Virus record (IMG/VR): IMGVR_UViG_3300012942_000128
Coordinates: 1 to 24,974 of that record
Direction: 5' to 3' (one strand)
DNA from: a virus
Lineage: Duplodnaviria > Caudoviricetes
Length of the DNA stretch: 24,974 nucleotides
The notes below the pieces were generated by a model. That model ran no database searches. It had not been told where the DNA came from and saw only the letters and a program-made list of their open reading frames with translations. The translations under genes and the position numbers were made by a program. Shown here in pieces: positions 8,049 to 14,808 of this stretch; within the stretch, counting starts at the first letter, position 1; the number at the start of each line of letters is the position of its first letter.

Positions 8049-8586
8049 CAGGGAACACCTTCCGCTGCGTGTCGTTCAGGTTCAGGATCTGCGACCCGAT
8101 GACCGCCATGAGGACCGTGGCGAGCATCTCGCCTTGCCTCTCCGCCATCCGAACTGTGCGCTCCGCCAACCCGGCCGCGATCGCTTTCGCGCAGAAGCCC
8201 GCCAACCGGTCGCGTTCCTGCGCCTCCAGTTGCACGAGCCCGCGAATGTACTCGCCGACCTTCGTCTCACCGAACTCGCCCGGGATGAGCGTGTCACCGA
8301 TCAGGATCGACTCCAACGTGATCCCGCCGCCAACCTCAGCGACCTTCCGTTCGATCTCCGCCGCGTACTGCTCAACCCGCATCCTCGACTGTGTCACCAG
8401 ACGCAGCAGAACCTCACCCGGATCATCAACCGCGTCGCCCAGCTGCCAACGAGAGACCTCAGCACGAACCGCCGCGATCGCCCGAACCTGCGGAGCCGAA
8501 CCGCCATGCTTGGCGCACACGTTCGCGCCCTTGATCGCCCACGCACCGCACGGCTTCCCCGCCTTCGTCGTCGCTGTGCACTTCAT
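8008..8586 (-). CDS. Terminase small subunit (HGG-type Cys/His N-terminus)
   Basis: CTATTKAGKPC...VCAKHGG followed by a helical region; directly upstream of and overlapping terL. Confidence 0.75.
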   Translation of the reverse strand: MKCTATTKAGKPCGAWAIKGANVCAKHGGSAPQVRAIAAVRAEVSRWQLGDAVDDPGEVLLRLVTQSRMRVEQYAAEIERKVAEVGGGITLESILIGDTLIPGEFGETKVGEYIRGLVQLEAQERDRLAGFCAKAIAAGLAERTVRMAERQGEMLATVLMAVIGSQILNLNDTQRKVFPDVVRAELATLRTG

Positions 8587-8607
8587 GGGTGAACCCGATT
8601 CGTGAGG

Positions 8608-8868
8608 TCAGACGCCCGTTCGGAGCCATTCGACATACGCGGTGGTGTGGTGTTCGATGAGCGTCGCGTCATCCGAGACCCAGTCGACTTCGAGCGATCT
8701 GGCTTGGATCGTGAGCTTCATGATGAGCGCGTCCGTGGGGATGTCGAGCCGGAGCGATGCGAGCCACGCGGTCACCTCGTCGAGTGACATGCGGAGTCTC
8801 GGCCCGTCGTGCTCGACTATCACCGGCGCTATGAACGGGACGTCGATCGGGTGGGTGGTGTCGCTCAT
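8608..8868 (-). CDS. Hypothetical protein (86 aa)
   Basis: MSDTTHPIDVPF...; ATGA overlap with the upstream ORF. Confidence 0.6.
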   Translation of the reverse strand: MSDTTHPIDVPFIAPVIVEHDGPRLRMSLDEVTAWLASLRLDIPTDALIMKLTIQARSLEVDWVSDDATLIEHHTTAYVEWLRTGV

Positions 8869-9227
8869 GCGCGTGTCCGTCGTGATGCGAGCCCGATCTG
8901 GACGAGCGTCCCCCGCCCGTCGTTCGGCGTGTACCAATCGATACCCGGAGTGTTCTCCATGAAGCCCACAGCGGGCAGCGGTGGCAGGGTCGGGATCTTG
9001 GAGACGATCGTTGACGGGATGACGCATCCGGGGCTGATCGTGATGCCGACGGTCTGCGCATCCTGCGGGATGATCCCCCCGGTCGCGAATGACGGCTTAC
9101 CGTCGCGGCGTGGACATGACTCCGGCTTCGTCGGGTCGGCGACAGCGTCCGCGAGCGCTGCGGTCAGCATGGCGCCGCACACAGGGCACGGCTTCGGGTC
9201 GTTCGCGTTCATGGTGTGGGGTCCCAT
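8865..9227 (-). CDS. Hypothetical protein with CPVC motif
   Basis: Fills the gap in the operon; start may instead be 9212. Confidence 0.55.
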   Translation of the reverse strand: MGPHTMNANDPKPCPVCGAMLTAALADAVADPTKPESCPRRDGKPSFATGGIIPQDAQTVGITISPGCVIPSTIVSKIPTLPPLPAVGFMENTPGIDWYTPNDGRGTLVQIGLASRRTRA

Positions 9228-9232
9228 TCGGC

Positions 9233-9982
9233 TTATCGGAGTGCGTTCAGGTCGGCCTGCAGCTGGGCGGCGTTGAAGCCTTCCAGCGACTTCCCGCCCG
9301 TCAACGCTTCATCGGAGAGGTACGCGTACGCCTCATCGCAGTACGTGGTGAAGAAGTCGACCGTCATGCGTTGCACGGCGCCCCACGTGACCACGAGAAT
9401 GTCGGTCCCATCGAACCCGACCACGGGAACGTAATGTCCGCCGTCGATCGGTGAGCCTTCGACGACGTCCCACGGCTGACCGGCCGCGAACTGTTCCTGC
9501 GCGGACGCGGGGACCTGGATGCCGATACCGACCGCACCGAACAGGTACGCGGCGACCTTCAGCTCGGCGAGGTTCCCGGTCTTGATGCGCAGGTACGCGG
9601 CCACCTTGTGGCGTTTCCCGGCCGCGTCGAGGACGCCGGTCTTTCGGCGGTATGCGGCAGCGTCGGCGACGTTCGTGCCCTGGTCCGTGTTCGGGTCGGT
9701 TTTCTTGAACCCGGTGACGGCGGTGTAGTCCGACAGGACCGACTTCTTCGTGAACCGGACCGTGTGGTTCGCTTCCTGGTTCCAGAGCATCGTCTCGTGT
9801 GCGGCGCCAGCCCAGACACAGTCGCCGTACTGGTCGTTGCCGAGCATGCCCCACGACTTGATGAGGGCCTGGTGGCCGAACACCTTCGGCGTCTGGATCA
9901 GCTTCGTGAGGTCGACGTAATCCGTGAGCGCGAACTTCACGGCTTCCGGCGTGGCGGGCGTCTTTCCGAGCTTGTACGGCAT
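9233..9982 (-). CDS. Papain-like cysteine peptidase
   Basis: GGAGG RBS; 'MLGNDQYGDCVWAG' catalytic Cys, 'GGHYVPVVGFD' His, 'VTWG'. Confidence 0.85.
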   Translation of the reverse strand: MPYKLGKTPATPEAVKFALTDYVDLTKLIQTPKVFGHQALIKSWGMLGNDQYGDCVWAGAAHETMLWNQEANHTVRFTKKSVLSDYTAVTGFKKTDPNTDQGTNVADAAAYRRKTGVLDAAGKRHKVAAYLRIKTGNLAELKVAAYLFGAVGIGIQVPASAQEQFAAGQPWDVVEGSPIDGGHYVPVVGFDGTDILVVTWGAVQRMTVDFFTTYCDEAYAYLSDEALTGGKSLEGFNAAQLQADLNALR

Positions 9983-9993
9983 GGGTCCTCCGG

Positions 9994-10185
9994 TCATGGG
10001 GTGTCGGTGGTGTGCGACCATGCGTGTACGTACAGGTCAGCGAGGTCGGGCTTCGCGATCAGGGTTCCCTGCAGTTGCAGGTGGTCGCGGTGCGTTTCCA
10101 CACGGGTGTGCAGGTTGATCGGGACTTCCTGCTGGCAGATCGCGCAGGTCACGTGCACGACGATGACGGTGGGCATGACGGCCAT
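9994..10185 (-). CDS. Small hypothetical protein (CxxC...HxxxH)
   Basis: GGAG RBS; CAIC and HAWSH motifs. Confidence 0.55.
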   Translation of the reverse strand: MAVMPTVIVVHVTCAICQQEVPINLHTRVETHRDHLQLQGTLIAKPDLADLYVHAWSHTTDTP

Positions 10186-10207
10186 GCGGCGGCTCCGTTC
10201 ATTGATG

Positions 10208-10290
10208 CGGGACGGGGAGGCGGCAGGATTCGAACCTGCGTTTCCGGATGAACCCCGGTGGCTTCCGCTGCGGACGCCTCACCCGTCCCG
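10208..10290 (-). ncRNA. tRNA-like element with extended acceptor stem (loop GG-TTC-AT, nominally Glu)
   Basis: Perfect T arm GCAGG-TTCGAAT-CCTGC; CCGG/CCGG stem with 7-nt loop; GAGGCG/CGCCTC extended by CGGGACGGG/CCCGTCCCG; short atypical D region; no CCA. Confidence 0.6.
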
Positions 10291-10362
10291 TGCCCGTTCT
10301 GGTCTTCTCGGGCGGGCACACCCTCAGTGAGCGCACTACCCGATGCGCGCTGGACGTGTGGA

Positions 10363-10400
10363 GACGGCACGACCGGGAGCGTGTCACCGGTCGTGCCGTC
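10363..10400. repeat. 14-bp perfect inverted repeat (hairpin)
   Basis: GACGGCACGACCGG-N10-CCGGTCGTGCCGTC. Confidence 0.85.
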
Positions 10401-10449
10401 GTGCTCTGTTCGTCGTCTTGGCCGAGCCGGCCTCAATGCCAGGGGAAGA

Positions 10450-10551
10450 TCACCCTGCGGACGTGGTGGGGGCCGAGTCGATTACCTCGGCGTGATGCTC
10501 GTCGTCGTACGCCTGTTCGTACGCTTCGTGCAGGTCGTCCTCCCGGTTCAC
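10450..10551 (-). CDS. 33-aa acidic peptide
   Basis: GTGA overlap with the upstream gene; MNREDDLHEAYEQAYDDEHH... Confidence 0.4.
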   Translation of the reverse strand: MNREDDLHEAYEQAYDDEHHAEVIDSAPTTSAG

Positions 10552-10862
10552 CTGCGCGCCTTCCTCGCTTCCAGCTGCGCGAGCAGTTGGTCCAGAACCT
10601 CCGGCGGCACCGCATCGAGGACAACATGCGACACGTCATCCTGCGGCGTCTCACCGGCGAGTAGGACGGTGTGGCAGGCGGAGCAGTGCACGGGACGGAC
10701 AGTGTCCTCGTGGATCTGCACCAGGATGCCGCGGGCCTTGCACTTCGGGTTCGAGCATGCGAGCGCCCCGGCGACCGGGGCGCCTTGACTGTCGTGGTCG
10801 TCGGGGACACCGAACGTGAACCCGTGGCGCGCCTCAACATCAGCGAGCGTGTTCTTCGGCAT
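10548..10862 (-). CDS. Zinc-ribbon-like hypothetical protein
   Basis: GAGGTG RBS before ATG 10862; CSNPKC...CSAC. Confidence 0.65.
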   Translation of the reverse strand: MPKNTLADVEARHGFTFGVPDDHDSQGAPVAGALACSNPKCKARGILVQIHEDTVRPVHCSACHTVLLAGETPQDDVSHVVLDAVPPEVLDQLLAQLEARKARR

Positions 10863-10941
10863 GACGCACCTCACAATCACGTGCCAACGAGGGGACGGGG
10901 TAGTAGTGGGCGCAGACAGCGCACCGGAACGGATCGGGCAT
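10840..10941 (-). CDS. 33-aa zinc-finger-like peptide
   Basis: GGAGG RBS; MPDPFRCAVCAHYYPVPSLARDCEVRHAEEHAR (CxxC...CxxxH). Confidence 0.65.
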   Translation of the reverse strand: MPDPFRCAVCAHYYPVPSLARDCEVRHAEEHAR

Positions 10942-10959
10942 GACGCCTCCGATCCTTTG

Positions 10960-11009
10960 AGGGCCGGGTGAGATTCGAACTCACGACTTCCGCATTACCT
11001 AAGCGGCCC
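10960..11009 (-). pseudogene. Truncated tRNA-Thr(GGT)-like element lacking the D arm
   Basis: GGGCCGC TTA-GGT-AA TGCGG AAGTC GTGAG-TTCGAAT-CTCAC CCGGCCC T then CAA; T arm intact, only 50 nt. Confidence 0.7.
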
Positions 11010-11403
11010 GAATCGCACGGCGGCGCTGTTGGTACTCGCGCATGTATTCGCGCTTCCGCGCGCGGCATGCGTCACACGGGCAGTTCTTCTTGCCGCTCAC
11101 GCCGCCGCCGTGCTCGACCTGATGGTTGTCATGCGCTTCGCTGGTTTTGACCTTGTGGCACTCGGCGCAGAGAAGCTGGCACTTCGCCAGTTCCATGAGG
11201 ATGACCTCGCGGCTGTACGTGGTGATCTTCGTAATCTCTACCGTCTTCGTGTTCCGATCGATGTGATCGAATTCGAGATCATCCCTAGAACCGCATCGGC
11301 AGCATCGGCCGCCGAGAATGGTCTTCATCTCCTCGACAATTGCGGCATAGCGATGTCGCTTGTAGTCGCGTTGGTAGGCGTTGAATCCAGTACGATCGGT
11401 CAT
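10999..11403 (-). CDS. HNH endonuclease in the tRNA region
   Basis: GGAG RBS; LGGRCCRCG...LEFDHID...KCQLLCAECHKVKT, C-terminal HG...CPCDAC. Confidence 0.9.
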   Translation of the reverse strand: MTDRTGFNAYQRDYKRHRYAAIVEEMKTILGGRCCRCGSRDDLEFDHIDRNTKTVEITKITTYSREVILMELAKCQLLCAECHKVKTSEAHDNHQVEHGGGVSGKKNCPCDACRARKREYMREYQQRRRAIRAA

Positions 11404-11407
11404 GTGA

Positions 11408-11470
11408 TCACTCCAAACCAGTGATTGCCATGCCCCCGGCCGGTTGCACCCGGTGCGGGGGTCTTTCAAT
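11408..11470 (-). promoter_or_regulatory. Structured leader of the HNH gene
   Basis: TTGAAAG, then CCCCCG..CCGG-GTGCAA-CCGG..CGGGGG hairpin, then ATCACT/AGTGAT hairpin overlapping the RBS; same layout at 14345-14426. Confidence 0.55.
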
Positions 11471-11573
11471 TTCGACGCTACGGTGAGCGTCCGACATATT
11501 GCCGCGGCTCGTGACCTAGCCGGGTCGCGGACTTCTGCGCCGTTCTAGAGCCTGATAGCCGGCAAGCGCATTG

Positions 11574-11645
11574 CTGGGAAGGCTGGGTTCGAACCAGCGA
11601 CGCACCGGTTAACGGCCGGACGTTCTGCCGCTGAGCTACATCCCA
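11574..11645 (-). tRNA. tRNA-Asn(GTT), divergent
   Basis: TGGGATG TA GCTC AGCGGCA GAAC G TCCGG CC-GTT-AA CCGGT GCGTC GCTGG TTCGAAC CCAGC CTTCCCA G; 72-nt cloverleaf with G discriminator, three stem mismatches, C at position 33. Confidence 0.85.
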
Positions 11646-11695
11646 TCGAGGCCCCCGATAGCGGGCTCGGGGCACACCGCGTGTTCACTTAGACG

Positions 11696-11723
11696 CAAAT
11701 GGGCCATCCGAAGGTGACCCATT
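11696..11723 (-). terminator. Terminator-like hairpin with UUCG loop
   Basis: AATGGGTCA-CCTTCGGA-TGGCCCATT with only a short T run; lies downstream of a candidate promoter. Confidence 0.5.
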
Positions 11724-11771
11724 GACGTGAGCATGTCTCGAAAAAAGGGACACTCCTGCTCAACTATGGCC

Positions 11772-11777
11772 AGTCTA
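11772..11777 (-). promoter_or_regulatory. Candidate late-promoter -10 (TAGACT)
   Basis: TANNNT hexamer just after the stop of 11783-12544; no consensus -35 at proper spacing. Confidence 0.35.
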
Positions 11778-11782
11778 TACCG

Positions 11783-12544
11783 TCATATGGCAATATCGCG
11801 TGCGCGTATGGTGTCCGATGCTCGGCGTGTCGCCCACAATGCGAGCGCTTCGCGTTCGACCGGGAGCCCCGCGTTCACGCGTTCGTTGATGTTCGTCATG
11901 AACCGCAACTGCATCAACTCGTTCTCCCCCTGCCACGTCGCTCCGCATTGGCGGCACGTCGCCGTCAACGTGGTCACGTTCACCTCGATCGCGAACACTT
12001 CCACCCCGCCGAGGGTGATGCGTCTGGCACCGCACTGCCCGAAGCCGAACTCCCCGTCGTCGCTCACTTCCGGGACGACGGCCACGCAGGGTGACTTCCA
12101 TTCGAGTTTCGTGGGCGGGTCGAACTTCCCCTCGATCATCCGCACCCACCCCTCAACCATGCGCGTCACATCCACGTCAACGGATGCTTCCATGTGGCCG
12201 GCGCGGACGCGGCGTTCGTGTTCCTCATGCCAGTCCTGCACCGTCTTGATGAGGTCGTCGCCGGTGTACGTGAACCCGATCTGCTTCGACCACACGTGCA
12301 GCAGGTCCCGGATCTGACCCCAGATCTCGAGTGCGTCAGCGTCGATCGGGATTTTCGTTTCCGAGGACTTCGCGGACCGGGTGATGCCGGTGCCTTCCAT
12401 GAGGAGGGTGAGTAGCGGCGGATGGGTGACGGCGATGAACCGCATGGTGCCGTCGTCGTTGGTCTGGATCGTGTGGATGATGCGGTCTCGGGTGAGCGCG
12501 TCGACAGCGTTTTTTAGGTCGGTTCGGTCCAGATCACTGTGCAT
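11783..12544 (-). CDS. Phage protein with C-terminal Cys motifs, possible late transcription regulator
   Basis: PPLL...PIDADAL...W...DPP...PC...C...CRQCGATW; last gene before the non-coding/tRNA region. Function is inferred from position only. Confidence 0.6.
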   Translation of the reverse strand: MHSDLDRTDLKNAVDALTRDRIIHTIQTNDDGTMRFIAVTHPPLLTLLMEGTGITRSAKSSETKIPIDADALEIWGQIRDLLHVWSKQIGFTYTGDDLIKTVQDWHEEHERRVRAGHMEASVDVDVTRMVEGWVRMIEGKFDPPTKLEWKSPCVAVVPEVSDDGEFGFGQCGARRITLGGVEVFAIEVNVTTLTATCRQCGATWQGENELMQLRFMTNINERVNAGLPVEREALALWATRRASDTIRARDIAI

Positions 12545-12650
12545 GGGTGTCTTTCGGGTCGGTGGCGGGCGACATCATCACTCACCGGCGCGAAAAAAGT
12601 GGCATTGGTTCGGTGTGTCGCGGCCACCGACCGGATGCCACCTACCCGGT

Positions 12651-12821
12651 TCACCGACTGCTCTCCTCCGTACTGGTAGAACCCGACAGTGCTGGCATGC
12701 CGCAGAGAACGTGCGGTCCGTTGTGCCCGAACTCACGCATGCAGACAGTGCCGTCAGGTGTGCAGCAGACGGGCTCGGTGTCGCACGGGCAGTTGATGTG
12801 CTGGACGTCGGGCTTGCTCAT
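12651..12821 (-). CDS. 56-aa Cys/His-rich peptide
   Basis: MSKPDVQHINCPCDTEPVCC...CMREFGHNGPH; ATGA overlap with the upstream ORF. Confidence 0.55.
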   Translation of the reverse strand: MSKPDVQHINCPCDTEPVCCTPDGTVCMREFGHNGPHVLCGMPALSGSTSTEESSR

Positions 12822-13024
12822 GGTGTGTTCCCTTCCCTCGACCCTGAACTGTCCGGTTCAGCGATGACGTGAGCGCCGCAGGGTGGCACGAGCTCGCTCG
12901 GGAACAGGTAGCGCGCGATCCACAGATTCCAGTGCCGGTTGCACAGTGGCGCGGAGTCCTCGCTGCTGACCACACGCGACGTTCCACGCGCTTCGTCCTC
13001 GCATATCCAGCACGTCTCGCTCAT
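12818..13024 (-). CDS. Hypothetical protein (CxxC...CxxH)
   Basis: ATGA overlaps at both ends; CWIC and LCNRH. Confidence 0.6.
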   Translation of the reverse strand: MSETCWICEDEARGTSRVVSSEDSAPLCNRHWNLWIARYLFPSELVPPCGAHVIAEPDSSGSREGNTP

Positions 13025-13353
13025 TGCTCGTTCCCTTCTCGGATGTTTGCAGCACGCGCACGAGTGAGCACCTGCTGGACGCCGTACCCCGCCGCGAGGG
13101 CCTGATGTGTGTCCATGCGATCACCGTTCGCCCACCGCGGTTCGTTAACGAACTCCGTGATGACCGTGTGGATTATGCGTTCGAACGCTTCGAGGGTGTC
13201 GACACGCACCCGAGCGTCATGAGCTGCGAGCCAGCGATCCCAGCGCGCCTGAGCCTCTTCTTCGGTCAGCGCATCCCAATAGTCGCTCTCGGTGATCTGT
13301 GCGCTGATCCAATCCGATTCGACTTGCTCAGTCGTCGGCGTGTACTCGCTCAT
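13021..13353 (-). CDS. Hypothetical phage protein
   Basis: GGAGG RBS; MSEYTPTTEQV...WDRWLAAHDARV. Confidence 0.7.
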   Translation of the reverse strand: MSEYTPTTEQVESDWISAQITESDYWDALTEEEAQARWDRWLAAHDARVRVDTLEAFERIIHTVITEFVNEPRWANGDRMDTHQALAAGYGVQQVLTRARAANIREGNEQ

Positions 13354-13529
13354 CGTGTCGCCTCCGCTGCCTCGTGCCATTCGATGTGGCGGAACAGGTC
13401 GAAGATGATCGCGCCGCACGTCAGACACACATCCACGTCGACGCGATCCGACGAGCCCCGAAGAATCCCTGGTGTGACCGGGAGCGCCTTTCGTTCGGTC
13501 AGCATCTCGATCTTGATCGGCTCACCCAT
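13350..13529 (-). CDS. 59-aa C2H2-like peptide
   Basis: GGAGG RBS; MGEPIKIE...CLTCGA...HIEWH; fills the gap with coupled ends. Confidence 0.6.
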   Translation of the reverse strand: MGEPIKIEMLTERKALPVTPGILRGSSDRVDVDVCLTCGAIIFDLFRHIEWHEAAEATR

Positions 13530-13809
13530 TGCTCGCCTCCGCTGCCGCGATCAGAATGTCGCGGGCAATCTGCATCGCCTCGGTGTATGCGAGCGGGTAG
13601 TCGGCAGGTGAGTCCATGGCTGCCTCGTCCAGGACGCGCGCTCCAGCTTCGACGGCTTCCTCGCTGGGTTCGCTCACGGGACGAGAACGCTGCCACTCAG
13701 CGCCCTCCACGAACGCATGCTGCCTGTCAGCCGCGCCCGAGAACCCGACGGCTGGGTAGATCGGCCACCGTCGTTCCGCTTCGGCGCGGGCATCCTCGTC
13801 ACTCGACAT
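13522..13809 (-). CDS. Hypothetical phage protein
   Basis: MSSDEDARAEAERRWP...AFVEGAEW...EEAVEAGAR. Confidence 0.65.
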   Translation of the reverse strand: MSSDEDARAEAERRWPIYPAVGFSGAADRQHAFVEGAEWQRSRPVSEPSEEAVEAGARVLDEAAMDSPADYPLAYTEAMQIARDILIAAAEASNG

Positions 13810-14338
13810 GAGTCCAAGTCCTTCCATGCAAGACCAGCGCCACTGTCGCCGGATTCACTCCGTAACGCGCCGCGATCACCTTCTGCTGCATCCCGCCAGC
13901 GGATAGCCGGCGAATCTCCCGGACGGAATCCGGGTTCAGTCGAGCCTGCGAGTTCGCGGTCCCGTACTGCTTCGTGCCGTGTACGTCCATGTCGTCAGAG
14001 TTGGCCTGGTACGTGTCCCAGCGAAGGTTCTCGGCACGATTGTTCGCCCGGTCGCCGTCGTTGTGGCAAGCCACCAGGCCTGGTAGCGCTGGTCCGATGA
14101 ACGCCTCCGCGACCAATCGATTCACTCGAAACTTTCGAGCCGCACCGTCTCGTGAAAGCTCCGCCGTCTTGTAGCCGTTGTGGCTCGTACCAAGGCAAAG
14201 AATCCGCCCATGAACGATGTGCCTGCGCCCGTTACGCCCAATCGTCATGCGCGGCAACGAACGGACACGGCCCTCGTCACTCACCTCGTACAGTCCCACG
14301 TAGCCGGGGACAGGTCGCCATTCCTCGATAGACTGCAT
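13799..14338 (-). CDS. NUMOD4-HNH endonuclease with C-terminal HTH
   Basis: GGAGGG RBS; EEWRPVPGYVGLYEVSDEGRVRS (NUMOD4), CHNDGDRANNRAENLRW (HNH), QKVIAARYGV (HTH). Alternative in-frame start at 14443. Confidence 0.9.
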   Translation of the reverse strand: MQSIEEWRPVPGYVGLYEVSDEGRVRSLPRMTIGRNGRRHIVHGRILCLGTSHNGYKTAELSRDGAARKFRVNRLVAEAFIGPALPGLVACHNDGDRANNRAENLRWDTYQANSDDMDVHGTKQYGTANSQARLNPDSVREIRRLSAGGMQQKVIAARYGVNPATVALVLHGRTWTHVE

Positions 14339-14344
14339 CGCAGC

Positions 14345-14426
14345 CCTCCATTCGCCGTAATCGAATCGGTGGGTCAGGCCCCGGCGAGTGCTTCCAACAC
14401 TCGGTTTGGGGCCGCTTTCAATTCTA
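14345..14426 (-). promoter_or_regulatory. -10 element (TAGAAT) and structured leader of the NUMOD4-HNH gene
   Basis: TAGAAT at 14421-14426, TGAAAG, GGCCCC..CGAGTG-loop-CACTCG..GGGGCC hairpin, then ATTCG/CGAAT hairpin next to the RBS. Confidence 0.55.
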
Positions 14427-14439
14427 CCGCCGAACAGCG

Positions 14440-14808
14440 TCATTCCGGTTCTCCCAGCGCATCGGTCAGAGCCTTGCGAACGTCGATCAGCGCTTCGTTG
14501 TAGCCGAACGCCTCGACCATCTGACGCTTCGTGAGGTCGGTCCTGATGTCTCATCGCGTCAGGACGAGCACGTTCTCTACCGCGGACAGCAGAGCCGGGA
14601 CGATGGTGCGCGACTGGGCGATGAACTCGGCATCACTGGAGTTCGGGGTCCATGTGATGCCGTAGGACTCTACGAAGATCATCTCGCCATTCGTGTCGTC
14701 CACGGTCATGCCGTGAGCTGTCTTGCTCGCCTCCCACGGCCCCACGCTCGCGGAGTCAGCGGCAGCCTTCCATGCGGCCAGGGTTTCGGTCAGGTCCTCA
14801 TTCGTCAT
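14440..14808 (-). pseudogene. Ead/Ea22-like protein with in-frame TGA at 14551-14553
   Basis: AAGGA RBS; GPWE...DAEFIAQSR..VPALL motif; the frame continues 36 codons past the TGA (DIRTDLTK...LIDVRKALTDALGEPE*). Confidence 0.55.

Noticed and set aside
10244-10258. Opal suppressor or tRNA-Sec (TCA in the loop) explaining the TGA at 14551
   Set aside because: TCA is off-centre in the 7-nt loop, there is no long variable arm or convincing SECIS, and most genes here end in TGA.
10208-10449. tmRNA or Y RNA
   Set aside because: The acceptor pairs locally with no G3-U70 alanine identity or tag ORF; the arm order is not permuted as in YrlA, and no Ro60 gene is present in the window.
10960-11009. attP/attR tRNA fragment marking a prophage end
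   Set aside because: No integrase nearby and phage genes continue on both sides.
11499-11570. HDV-like (theta) ribozyme after tRNA-Asn
   Set aside because: P1/P2-like pairings exist, but the segment between them is too long and lacks the P3/L3 consensus; kept only as an unnamed structure.
10999-11570. Group I intron carrying the HNH inside tRNA-Thr
   Set aside because: No matching 5' tRNA exon upstream and no recognisable group I core.
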